Of a stretch of 64,000 bases of DNA, positions 18,901 through 28,392 are shown one piece after another. Below the pieces are notes generated by a model. The model was not told where the DNA came from and made no database searches. It worked only from the letters and a program-made list of their open reading frames with translations. The position numbers and the translations under genes are program-made. This stretch comes from Candidatus Latescibacterota bacterium (GTDB taxonomy: Bacteria > Latescibacterota > UBA2968 > UBA8231): assembly GCA_964291625.2 (NCBI GenBank), contig OZ220089.1, positions 704,001 through 768,000 of the forward strand, in the 5' to 3' direction. How positions within the stretch are numbered: position 1 is the stretch's first letter; every line of letters starts with the position of its first letter.

Positions 18901-21405
18901 GACGGGCACGGAAACCGGGTGAACGCGCTCGCTTTCTCGCCCGATGGACGAACCGTTGCTTCCGGGTCGTCGGATGGGTGGGATGGCAGGGTCCACCTCT
19001 GGGACGTGGCGACGGGACAGGACGTGACCCTGGACGGACATGAGGGTTCGGTCCATGCGGTGGCGTTCTCCAGGGATGGGACGGTCGCTTCGGCGTCCGG
19101 GGACGCGACGGTCAGGCTCTGGGACGTGGCCACGAGAAGCTCCACAACCCTTTCAAGGCAGCACTTCGGTACCCCCCATTGGGTGGCCCTTTCCCCCGGT
19201 GGAACCACCCTCGCCACCGCCCTTCCCAGCTCGAACGCAGTCCATCTCTGGGACGCGGCGACGGGGGCCCTCGACGCCGTTCTCGAGGGCCATACGGCAA
19301 GGCTCAATGTCGTGGCTTTCTCGCCGGACGGGACCACTCTCGCCTCCGGGGCGTCCGATCGGACGGTCAGGCTGTGGGATGTGAGCACGAGCACCCATAT
19401 CGCCACCTTTGAGACCCCGCGTTACGTCACGGCGGTGACTTTCTCAGCGGACGGTCGCCTGGTCGCTTCCAGGCATGGCGGCGGCACGGCCACGGTCTGG
19501 GATGTGGCCACGGGGGAGGAGGTCGCCGCCTTCCAGGGCCAGGTCGGGGTCCCGGGCTTTTCGCCCGACGGATCCACCCTGGTCGCCGCGCTGGAAGATG
19601 GCCGAATCGAATTGTGGGATCTGGCAAGCGGCGACGGGATTCTGGGTGGGGAGAGCCTGGGCGAGCGGATTCAGGCCGTCTCCTTTTCCCCCGATGGGAC
19701 GGCCCTCGCTCTCGGCTGGGGATCGGGCACGGCCTCGATATGGGAGGTGCCGGCGGGAGCCGATGCGGCCACCCTGGCCTTGGACTACCCGTCGCCCCGG
19801 ATTGATGCCGCCGCCTTCTCGCCCGATGGGTCGCTCCTCCTCTCCGGGGTCCAATCGGACGGTTCCGTCGTGGTCGAGGTGCGGGACGTTGCCACGGGCA
19901 CCTTGCTCGCCGCCCCCAAAGGCCACTCTGGGGAAGTGGAGAGACTGGCCTTCTCTCGAGACGGATCGACCTTCGCTTCCAGTTCGCACGACGCCACGAT
20001 TCTGGTCTGGGATCTTGGGCTCACTCTGCCCCATCCGCAGACTCTGGCGGGACTGTCCGGCGACGGGCAGGAGGGATTCCCCGACGCCCCCCTGGACGAG
20101 GCCCTTGTCGTGGTGGTGATGGACCAGTACGACGATCCCCTCGCTGGCGCTGAGGTCACCTTCGCGGTCACCGGCGGCGGCGGGACAGTCTCGCGGGAGA
20201 CGGCCACCACCGATGCCCAAGGCCAGGCGTCCACGACCCTGACCCTGGGCCAAGCTCCCGGACCGAACACCGTGGCGGTCACCGCGGGCGATCTGGAGCC
20301 GGTGATCTTCACCGCCCTCACCCAGTCGGTCCCCACCACGCTGAGCAAGGTCGGCGGCGACGCCCAGCAGGGCGCGAGCGGCTCCCCCTTGGCCGAGCCT
20401 CTCGTCGTCTCTCTGCTCGACCAGGCCGGTGAACCCCTGGCCGGCGCGACCGCCACCTTCGCGGTCACCGGCGGTCAGGGCACCCTCTCCGTGACCCGGA
20501 CCACGACCGATGCCCAGGGCCGGGCCGCCAGCACCCTGACCCCGGGGCGGACTCCGGGGATCAACACCGTGGAGGTGACGGTGGCCGGGCTCGCCCCGGT
20601 AACCTTCACGGCCCTCGGCCGGGCGATTCCCCAGACCTTGACCAAGCTCTCCGGCGACGAGCAGCAGGGCGAGCCGGGAACGCCACTGGGCGAAGCCCTG
20701 GCGGTGTCGGTGCAGGACCAGAACGGGGCGGCCCTCCCCGGCGCCGTGGTCAGCTTTGCCGTCCTCGGCGACGGCGGCACTCTGTCGGCCCTCACCGACA
20801 CCACCGACGCCGAGGGCCGGGCGGCCACCACCCTCACCTTGGGCGAGGAGTTCGGGACCTATACCGTCGTCGTCACCGTGACGGGTCTCGAGCCGGTGAC
20901 ATTCACCGTTACCGCCAAGTCGAGCCCCGACTTCGATGATGACGGGGAGGTCGGCTTCTCGGACTTCTTCCTCTTCGCCGAGCACTTCGGCGGCAGCGAC
21001 CCCCGCTTCGATCTGGACGGCAGCGGGTCGGTGGACTTCAACGACTTCTTCCTCTTCGCCGAGCACTTCGGGCAGCCGGCGCGAGCCAGGCTGGTGGCCC
21101 TGGCCCGGGAGCTGATCGGCCTGCCCGACGGTCCGCAGCTGCGGCAGAATGCGCCCAACCCCTTCAACAGCGGAACGGTGATCTCCTGGTTCCAGCTGGA
21201 GCCGGGGATGGCGCACCTGGAGGTGTTCGCTCTGACCGGGCAGCGGGTGGCAGTGCTGCACCGGGGTCCGAAGAGGGCGGGCTTGCACCGCCTGCGCTGG
21301 GACGGGCGGGATGAGCGGGGCCGCCTCCTGGCCAGCGGGGTCTATGTCTACCGGCTGGTGACGGCCGAGGCCGTGCAGACGCGCAAGCTCACCCTGCTGC
21401 GGTGA
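15931..21405 (+). CDS. Giant secreted protein: zinc metallopeptidase domain + WD40 beta-propellers + Big_1 Ig-like repeats + dockerin/EF-hand-like pair + FlgD-Ig C-terminal domain
   Basis: AHELAHIF…HHDF; many AFSPDG…LASG…LWD repeats; SGDxQxG…PLVVxVxDQ…TDAQG units; DFDDDGEVGFSDFFLFAEHFG-like motif twice; PNPFN tail. Confidence 0.88.
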   Translation: MMKGILLALTLSPVAVCHGSATSSDSLHACLILDPERDPPLAYTAGKRLADLNVGEPRTVRLFYFLPNDRPFRPEVVQRMKEEILHIQAWYGEQMEAHGYGYKTFRVETDDDGDPVVHRVDGQHPDSHYLDSWVIIRDETQSAFDLSRSIVAVVVDNSNNLLSRRAVGTASLGGKERGVALVTAEFLWQTLAHELAHIFAQASHHDFRSERYILSYGGSRRDVLSACSAEVIAVHPYFNPDVRLEWGGEESAIHLLSAKAYPEGSESVPIRLRVSDVDGIQQVRLVVRTGATNLGGVPSGGLELKTCRGLMGAEEAVVEIDYDGVIPSGAAFHDLSDPQVHPISIQVVDREGNRGAPLHSDLWEVSRQHLATFEEEEVRGVVFVSGGTTLAFASRGGVKLWNLETRTGTRTRLEGRVSLALSADGAILASGSTHGQIQLLDLANDRVIATFSSGHTHPIRSLAFSSDGTVLASGAPDGIRLWAVGTQTRTATLPVGVTSMALSPNGATLASASEDGVRLWDVATQTEIASYSHSRDRWGPEVNTVAFSPDGALVASGGLDATVRLWEVATGENIAVFEHEWAVRTVVFSPDGNLLASGTRHVVNLWDPRTKEKLAHLRGEGRGGTTVAFSSDGTTLAAGAEDGKIGLWDVSEWLEPRPRSLVMISGDDQQATDSEPLAPLVVEVRDQYGHPLPDVEITFAVTRGQGKVGDRFTEKRVLSDARGRAEAILTPGPGPNTVEVSVEGLEVLTFRSAGTDMPPVVGDSLRPLPYGAFNRLGKGRLTWWGDPLIAFSPSGALLAVGTETAGIWLYDVAALQEAAWLPAPSVLGLAFSPDGQTVASCADWEDPWIRLWDVATGDQKAAIEHQLNPRSLAFSPDGRTLASGSNWGLELWEVETGAQIAAVSEAEGIWEIGSVAFSPDGSTLAAGSRNDDSVTLWDVAAFTRTATFDGHAGDVTAVAFSPDGRTVASASDDHTVKLWDVATASEIATFDGHGNRVNALAFSPDGRTVASGSSDGWDGRVHLWDVATGQDVTLDGHEGSVHAVAFSRDGTVASASGDATVRLWDVATRSSTTLSRQHFGTPHWVALSPGGTTLATALPSSNAVHLWDAATGALDAVLEGHTARLNVVAFSPDGTTLASGASDRTVRLWDVSTSTHIATFETPRYVTAVTFSADGRLVASRHGGGTATVWDVATGEEVAAFQGQVGVPGFSPDGSTLVAALEDGRIELWDLASGDGILGGESLGERIQAVSFSPDGTALALGWGSGTASIWEVPAGADAATLALDYPSPRIDAAAFSPDGSLLLSGVQSDGSVVVEVRDVATGTLLAAPKGHSGEVERLAFSRDGSTFASSSHDATILVWDLGLTLPHPQTLAGLSGDGQEGFPDAPLDEALVVVVMDQYDDPLAGAEVTFAVTGGGGTVSRETATTDAQGQASTTLTLGQAPGPNTVAVTAGDLEPVIFTALTQSVPTTLSKVGGDAQQGASGSPLAEPLVVSLLDQAGEPLAGATATFAVTGGQGTLSVTRTTTDAQGRAASTLTPGRTPGINTVEVTVAGLAPVTFTALGRAIPQTLTKLSGDEQQGEPGTPLGEALAVSVQDQNGAALPGAVVSFAVLGDGGTLSALTDTTDAEGRAATTLTLGEEFGTYTVVVTVTGLEPVTFTVTAKSSPDFDDDGEVGFSDFFLFAEHFGGSDPRFDLDGSGSVDFNDFFLFAEHFGQPARARLVALARELIGLPDGPQLRQNAPNPFNSGTVISWFQLEPGMAHLEVFALTGQRVAVLHRGPKRAGLHRLRWDGRDERGRLLASGVYVYRLVTAEAVQTRKLTLLR

Positions 21406-21420
21406 CGCGTCTTGCCGCGG

Positions 21421-22173
21421 CTACTGCGGAGCCGGAGCGTCGCCCGGAGCGGCCAGGGCCCCCATGGCCGTCCAGACCAGCCAGGGCACCAGCACCGTCA
21501 CCAGGGCCCGGCCTCTCGGCGCCCCGGTGACCACCGCCAGGCCGATGCCGACCAGGACGACCTGCCACAGATCGAAGAGGTTCAGCCCCATGAGGAACCG
21601 GCCCGCGAAGCTCTCCTCCGCCCCGGCGCCCAGCAGGACGCCGGCGTGGAAGACCCCCGGCCCGGAGAAGGGCGCCGGAGGCTCGCAGGCGCCGATGCGG
21701 GCCAGCAGCGTCAGCAGGATCCACTGCGGAATCGTCACCAGGCCGGCGTAGCTCTTGATGGCCAGCATCTGCCTCAGGCCGGCCTCCGAGCGCAGCACCC
21801 AGCGCGCCAGGCCGACCAGCACAAGGGCCACCGCCGCCAGGCCGGAGAACCGGGCCACGAGGGGAAAGCTGACCCAGCCGTGGCTCCGCCAGGCCTCGTT
21901 GCGCAGGGCGACGGCCTCCCTGCCGGCCTCGTCGAGCTGCTCCCAGCCGTCGATCGCCGCCGCCTCCTCGGGGGCCGCCAGGGACAGGGTCGCCAGGTTG
22001 TGGGCCGCCCAGACCGCGGCGCACAGGACCACGGGCAGCACCCAGTCGAACCACTTGCCGCCGTCGGCGACGGCCTCGAAGGCGCGGCGCGGCGAGCGGA
22101 AGACGGCCAGCATGCGCTCGCCGAGGCCGGTCTGCTCCACCGGGCCGAGCCCCTGGGGGTGATCGATCTTCAT
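21421..22173 (-). CDS. Yip1-domain membrane protein
   Basis: GERMLAVFRSPRRAFE N-terminus, ~5 TM segments, LNLFDLWQVVLVGIGL. ATG overlaps the upstream stop. Confidence 0.75.
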   Translation of the reverse strand: MKIDHPQGLGPVEQTGLGERMLAVFRSPRRAFEAVADGGKWFDWVLPVVLCAAVWAAHNLATLSLAAPEEAAAIDGWEQLDEAGREAVALRNEAWRSHGWVSFPLVARFSGLAAVALVLVGLARWVLRSEAGLRQMLAIKSYAGLVTIPQWILLTLLARIGACEPPAPFSGPGVFHAGVLLGAGAEESFAGRFLMGLNLFDLWQVVLVGIGLAVVTGAPRGRALVTVLVPWLVWTAMGALAAPGDAPAPQ

Positions 22174-22997
22174 CCCCAGTGCTCCGGCCACGACCGGAAG
22201 AGCTGCCGCTGCTCCTCCGACCAGCGGGCGCGGGTGGCCTCGGTGACGAAGGGGGGCTCGTCCATGGTGGCCATGTTCTGCGACTGCATCCAGTAGGGCC
22301 CGTAGCCGACGTGGATCGTCTTGCGCACCCGGTCGGAGCGGTTCGTCCGCCCGCCGTGGCGCAGGGCCTCGGTGAAGAAGATCCCCCACCCCGCCTTCAC
22401 CTCCAGCGCCACCGTCCCCGGCTCGGTGTCGGGATCGTTGCCGTAGGGGGACGGCAGGTTGGACTTGTGGGTGCCGGGGACCACGGTGAAGGCGCCGCCC
22501 TCGGCGTCGTTGTCGTGGACGAAGTAGATCATGCGCACCATCATGCAGTCGATGCGCTCGGAGGCGAAGTTGTAGCGGTACTTCTGGTTCTCGCCGCGGC
22601 TGCCCCCGTGGTGGGGGCTGGCGTTGCCCTTGTAGCGGATGCGGATCTCGGAGTTGTTCACCGTCGGCCGCGGCATCACCACGGCGCGCACGTACTCCAG
22701 GGTGCGCTCGTGCCCGACGAGCACGTCGAAGGCCGGGGCCGCGTTCCAGAAGTCCTCGATGATCAGGGTCTTGCCCTCGGCCCGCTCCCCCTGCACGTGG
22801 TAGCCCAGGTCCTCGTCGGCGTGGTACTCCGCCCCCCAGGGCGACTTCTTGCGCGGCGGCCGGTCCACGCGGGCGGCGGCGTGCTCCTCCAGCCGGTCGA
22901 CGGCCGCCTTCAGCGACGCCACCTCGCCGGCGGTGAGCAGCTCCTCGATGACGACGTAGCCGTTGCGGTCGAACTCATAGCGCTCCTCCTCGGTCAT
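22170..22997 (-). CDS. Phytanoyl-CoA dioxygenase (PhyH) family protein
   Basis: FDRNGYVVIEELLT, GGAFTVVPGTHK, F.EALRHGG..N…RK. Confidence 0.85.
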   Translation of the reverse strand: MTEEERYEFDRNGYVVIEELLTAGEVASLKAAVDRLEEHAAARVDRPPRKKSPWGAEYHADEDLGYHVQGERAEGKTLIIEDFWNAAPAFDVLVGHERTLEYVRAVVMPRPTVNNSEIRIRYKGNASPHHGGSRGENQKYRYNFASERIDCMMVRMIYFVHDNDAEGGAFTVVPGTHKSNLPSPYGNDPDTEPGTVALEVKAGWGIFFTEALRHGGRTNRSDRVRKTIHVGYGPYWMQSQNMATMDEPPFVTEATRARWSEEQRQLFRSWPEHWG

Positions 22998-23089
22998 CCC
23001 TCTCTCCTCCTCTGGCGGGAACTGGTGTCAAGGGTAAGGAATGGTCCGCCGACGCGCCGGAGGGAGGTCCCGCCCCGGTCCCCGCGGCG

Positions 23090-23118
23090 TTGACAGTGTC
23101 GGCCCCGGTGGCTAGCTT
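23090..23118 (+). promoter_or_regulatory. Sigma70-type promoter of tRNA-Glu
   Basis: TTGACA (23090-95), 17-bp spacer, TAGCTT (23113-18), 11 bp upstream of the tRNA. Confidence 0.75.
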
Positions 23119-23129
23119 CTCCCGACTGT

Positions 23130-23205
23130 GGCCCCTTCGTCTAGAGGCCTAGGACGCCGGCCTCTCACGCCGGTAACACGGGTTCGAATCCCGTAGGGGC
23201 TACCA
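23130..23205 (+). tRNA. tRNA-Glu (anticodon CTC)
   Basis: Acceptor stem GGCCCCT/AGGGGCT, anticodon arm CCGGC-CTCTCAC-GCCGG, T arm ACGGG-TTCGAAT-CCCGT, encoded CCA. Confidence 0.97.
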
Positions 23206-23215
23206 CTACTCTCCC

Positions 23216-23656
23216 ATGACAGCTACGACGCCCAGACGGCCCGCGGTCTTCGACAGACCCCGGGCCGCTTGTCTTTGCGGATCCGTCCTCGCGGCCGCTG
23301 CCCTGCTGTGGCTGCCGGTCCGCCATGCCACCGCCTCTGCCGAGAGCCCCCCGGCAGAGGCGGTGCAGCAGGCGGCGGCAGAGCCCGTTCCCGTGGACAG
23401 CAGCGCCGTGGTGGCCGACTCCCTGGAGACCGCCACCATCGACAGCGCCGCCGTGGAGGCTAGTTCCGTCGACGCGCACACCTTGGACGCGACACCCCGG
23501 GCCGTGGGACTGCGGCCGCCGTTCTTGTCCAGGGGGCTCCGGCTGGACGGGTCGACAGGCATCCTGCGGGACGAGGACCTGCGGCGATGGAAGTGGACGT
23601 TCTTCCAGGTGGCCGAGCCATCGAGGGCCGCACCTGAGCGGGAGAACAGCAAGTAG
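23216..23656 (+). CDS. Hypothetical protein with N-terminal hydrophobic segment
   Basis: ORF with a TM/signal-like segment and an Ala/Ser/Asp-rich linker; no recognised family. Confidence 0.3.
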   Translation: MTATTPRRPAVFDRPRAACLCGSVLAAAALLWLPVRHATASAESPPAEAVQQAAAEPVPVDSSAVVADSLETATIDSAAVEASSVDAHTLDATPRAVGLRPPFLSRGLRLDGSTGILRDEDLRRWKWTFFQVAEPSRAAPERENSK

Positions 23657-23791
23657 CTTCCTCGAAGCAGGCCTGTACTCCCCCAGCTGACTTCCCTCCG
23701 CCTTCGCTACACCCACTCGGGACCTCCCACTGATCCTCGTCCTGGCGGAGCCAGCCCGACCTTCAAGATCGCGGGTAGGTAGCGCCTGCAT

Positions 23792-24427
23792 ATGACCATT
23801 GAGCGAATCGTAGCCCTGGCCGCACCCGGCGAGTCCGAGACGCTGGAGTTCAAGGCGACCACCGGAACGCGCCGTGAGGCGGCGATGACGGTGTGCGCTT
23901 TCCTGAACCAGGGCGGCGGTCAAGTGCTGTTCGGCGTGACCCCCGGTGGGGTCGTGGCTGGACAGCAGGTCAGTGAGCGCACGGTCGAGGAGTTGAGTGC
24001 CGAGCTTCCCCAAATCGACCCTCCGGCGTTCCCAACGGTCGAGCGGGTCCCCGTGGACGGCGGCCGTGAAGTTGTCGTGGTCAGTACCGGCCAGGGAGCT
24101 TCGAGACCGTGCGCGGCGGGGCTTCCCGCCCCGGAGATCGAGGATGACGGCGGGGCCGTCACCGTGCGGTTCCGGCACAGCCAGCTCGAGCCTCGGCCCA
24201 TGCCCAATGACGCAAGCGGGCCTGAAGGAAGGCAGCAGAGGATACTCGCGATGCTGGACGGCGTTGAGGATGGGCTGGCGCGGCGAGAGATTCGCGCACG
24301 TTTGGGGCCCGGCGTCAGCGAGCGCCAGGTGACCCGGGACCTGGAATCACTAAGGGAGCGTGTACTGATTGCTTCGTCCGGCCACGGGGCTTCGGCGCGG
24401 TGGAAGCGCGTCAGGAACAGCGCATAG
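23792..24427 (+). pseudogene. Schlafen/AlbA_2-domain regulator with apparent internal in-frame deletion
   Basis: GESETLEFK…CAFLNQGGGQVLFGV (AlbA_2) joins directly at ~24109 to CAAGLPAPEIE…VTVRF plus an HTH. The usual central domain is missing. Confidence 0.65.
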
Positions 24428-24440
24428 GACCCTTGGGGTC

Positions 24441-24610
24441 TATAGGGGGCTTATAGGGGGCCTATAGGGGCCTATAGGGGCGAGATGGGGGCGAGAATCC
24501 TCCCCGCCTTGGGTCCCGCCGTCAGCGAACGGAAGTGCGAAGGGCACTGGAGGAAACAGAGTCACCTTGGGGGCGTCTTGGGGGCGTCTTCGGGGGCGTC
24601 TTCGGGGGAG
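24441..24610 (+). repeat. G-tract short tandem repeats (element 1)
   Basis: TATAGGGG(G)(G)C units x4, then GATGGGGGCGAGAATCC (24484-24500), then GGGGGCGTCTT x3. Confidence 0.8.
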
Positions 24611-24736
24611 ATTGCCAGCAAGGGCGACCGGCGAATCCGAGTCCCACCATGGAGAACCTCGCCTTGACAAGGCCGCAACGAACCCCCTGTTCCAGCAACG
24701 GCGAAGTCGACGACAACGGCTGAAGGGGCCAAGCCA

Positions 24737-25066
24737 ATGATCTCACAGGTTTCCCTGTCCAGAGCTGCGCTCACTGCTTTCCGTCAGAAGAGTGGCACCA
24801 AGCGGCTCTCCATCTTCGGCTCGGCCCTGCGAGAGGACTTCGGCCCCGAGAGCAACGTGGATGCGCTCGTCGGATTCGAGCCCGGCCGTACTCCTGGGCT
24901 GCCTGGAATCGCCGGCATGGAGCTGGCGCTGTCCGAGCTGTTCGCAGGCCGCAAGGTCGATCTGCGGACGGCAGAAGATCTGAGTCCCTACTTCCGACAG
25001 GAGGTCCTGGCCACGGCGGCAGTTCTGGCAGAGAGTGCAGGACGACCTGCCGGGGCTGATCGCTGA
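24737..25066 (+). CDS. Minimal nucleotidyltransferase (MNT antitoxin type), probably inactive orphan
   Basis: LSIFGSALREDFGPESNVDALVGF (canonical SDVD here SNVD), GRKVDL…LSPYFR. No HEPN gene follows. Confidence 0.7.
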   Translation: MISQVSLSRAALTAFRQKSGTKRLSIFGSALREDFGPESNVDALVGFEPGRTPGLPGIAGMELALSELFAGRKVDLRTAEDLSPYFRQEVLATAAVLAESAGRPAGADR

Positions 25067-25117
25067 CCTGGAGCTGGGCACCGCCCACGAGTTGCTTCAC
25101 CTGCGTGTCCCCAACCA
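25062..25117 (+). pseudogene. Remnant of an M48/YgjP metallopeptidase gene
   Basis: 25083-25117 encodes [11 protein letters not shown], identical in amino acids to the M48 domain at 35474-35508. Confidence 0.7.
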
Positions 25118-25166
25118 GGAGGCCGCAGGTGTCCGTAGACCAGCCTGACCAGGCCGCACCTTGCCG

Positions 25167-25370
25167 ATGAGGAACGCCACGAACCTCCCGGCTGGATGGG
25201 ACGAGCAGCGCGTCTAGCGCGTACTCAGGGACTACGAGTCCCTCAGCGAGGACGAAGAAATCGCAGAGGACGAGACCGCAGTCGAGAACTCCACTCAGAC
25301 GATTGATGGCAAGTCCCCAGGGGAGCCGGCGCCCGCGGTACGAGCCTTACTGCGGACCTCGCCGGATAGG
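25167..25370 (+). pseudogene. Decayed small acidic (antitoxin-like) protein
   Basis: MRNATNLPAGWDEQRV*RVLRDYESLSEDEEIAEDE, with an internal TAG and a later frameshift (…PAVRALL). Resembles a small PxGWDExRV family recalled from memory. Confidence 0.5.
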
Positions 25371-25411
25371 TTCGGGGCACTTCGGGGCACTAGGGATGGC
25401 GAAGATCGGCA

Positions 25412-25445
25412 TTGACTGACCCAGATTGACCGCTATATTCCAAAC

Positions 25446-25446
<1 letters not shown>
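25412..25446 (+). promoter_or_regulatory. Putative leaderless sigma70 promoter of hsdM
   Basis: TTGACT (25412-17), 16 bp, TATATT (25434-39); ATG at 25446 with no Shine-Dalgarno. Nearby direct repeats ATTGAC x2 and TTCGGGGCAC x2. Confidence 0.55.
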
Positions 25447-27299
<1,853 letters not shown>

Positions 27300-27319
27300 C
27301 ATCCCAAGGAGGCACGAGC

Positions 27320-27703
27320 ATGGGCCCAACGCACCTGACCGTCAGAATCACCAACCCTGCCGACCGGGACAGGTTCCCGGAAAGCCTCTTCCCGGTCGAC
27401 ACCGGCGCCACCGACTCCCTTGTCCCCAGGCCGCACCTAGAAGCCATCGGCCTGAAGCCCGAGGGGAAGCGCCTCTATCAGCTGGCCGATGGCAGCGATC
27501 TGTCCCTCGACGTCACCGTTGCCAAGATCGAATTCATGGGCGAGTTCGTCGGGGGGACCGTCATCTTCGGGGAGGCCGACGCGGAGCCCCTTCTGGGCGT
27601 GACCGCGCTGGAGTCCGTCGGCATCGAAGTGGATCCGGTGAACCAGCAGTTGAAGAGGCTGCCCGCCGTTCGGCTCAAGGCCGTGGCATTGAGTCGCAGA
27701 TGA
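27320..27703 (+). CDS. Clan AA (retropepsin-like) aspartic protease
   Basis: VDTGATDSLVP, YQLADG, EPLLGVTALESVG. RBS AAGGAGG; ATGA overlap with hsdS. Confidence 0.8.
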   Translation: MGPTHLTVRITNPADRDRFPESLFPVDTGATDSLVPRPHLEAIGLKPEGKRLYQLADGSDLSLDVTVAKIEFMGEFVGGTVIFGEADAEPLLGVTALESVGIEVDPVNQQLKRLPAVRLKAVALSRR

Positions 27704-28392
27704 GTCTCCTTGACGCAGTCGTATCTGCAAGCACCCGTGCTTGTCTGCGCGTAGGCGATGCATACGAGGTCACGCGCAAGCCCCGCCATCTTGACATGAC
27801 TTCGTCGCCGGAGATTCCGTTCGCGCCAATGGAGACGATTCCGCAGGGCGGGCTGTATGAGCCTGACTACATCCAGCGGGCGCCATCCGAGATCAGGAAC
27901 GGGACCTACTTCGAGCGTGGGGACATCCTCGTCGCCAAGATCACGCCGTCCTTCGAGAACGGGAAGCAGGCCCTCACCGCCGCACTGCCGGCGCCCTTCG
28001 GTGTGGCCACTACGGAGGTCATTCCCCTTCGGCCAAGAGGCTGTGGACAGGACCCGCGCTTCCTGTTCTTCTACCTGCTGCACCCCGAGATACGCCAGCA
28101 CGTCGCTAGCCGCATGGAGGGCTCCACCGGGCGACAGCGTGTGCCCGTGGAGGTCCTCCTTGATCTGCCTCTTCCTGCTTTCGGACCGCACGAGCAGCGC
28201 GCGATCGCAGACTCCTTGGAGGTGGTTCAGAGACTGAGTGCTCTCGACCTCCGCAAGCGCACAGTGCGAGAGGAGCTCTTCAAGGCGCTGCTCCACAAGC
28301 TGATGGCGGGGGAGTTGCGGGTGGAGGACTTGGACTTCACAAGGCCACCCAATCAAGAAGAGGCAAACAAAGCCACGGAGGCAGCGATATGA
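27700..28392 (+). CDS. hsdS: Type I R-M specificity subunit, single-TRD (half-size)
   Basis: FERGDILVAKITPSFENGK, TTEV, MEGSTGRQRVP, EQRAIADSL, LFKALLHKLMAGELRV. About 230 aa. Confidence 0.85.
   Translation: MSLLDAVVSASTRACLRVGDAYEVTRKPRHLDMTSSPEIPFAPMETIPQGGLYEPDYIQRAPSEIRNGTYFERGDILVAKITPSFENGKQALTAALPAPFGVATTEVIPLRPRGCGQDPRFLFFYLLHPEIRQHVASRMEGSTGRQRVPVEVLLDLPLPAFGPHEQRAIADSLEVVQRLSALDLRKRTVREELFKALLHKLMAGELRVEDLDFTRPPNQEEANKATEAAI

Noticed and set aside
20960-21072. Exact ~29-bp direct repeat as a mobile or DGR signal
   Set aside because: It encodes the two halves of the dockerin/EF-hand-like motif; no reverse transcriptase nearby.
23026-23031. Minus-strand TTGACA upstream of the PhyH gene
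   Set aside because: No -10 element at a suitable spacing.
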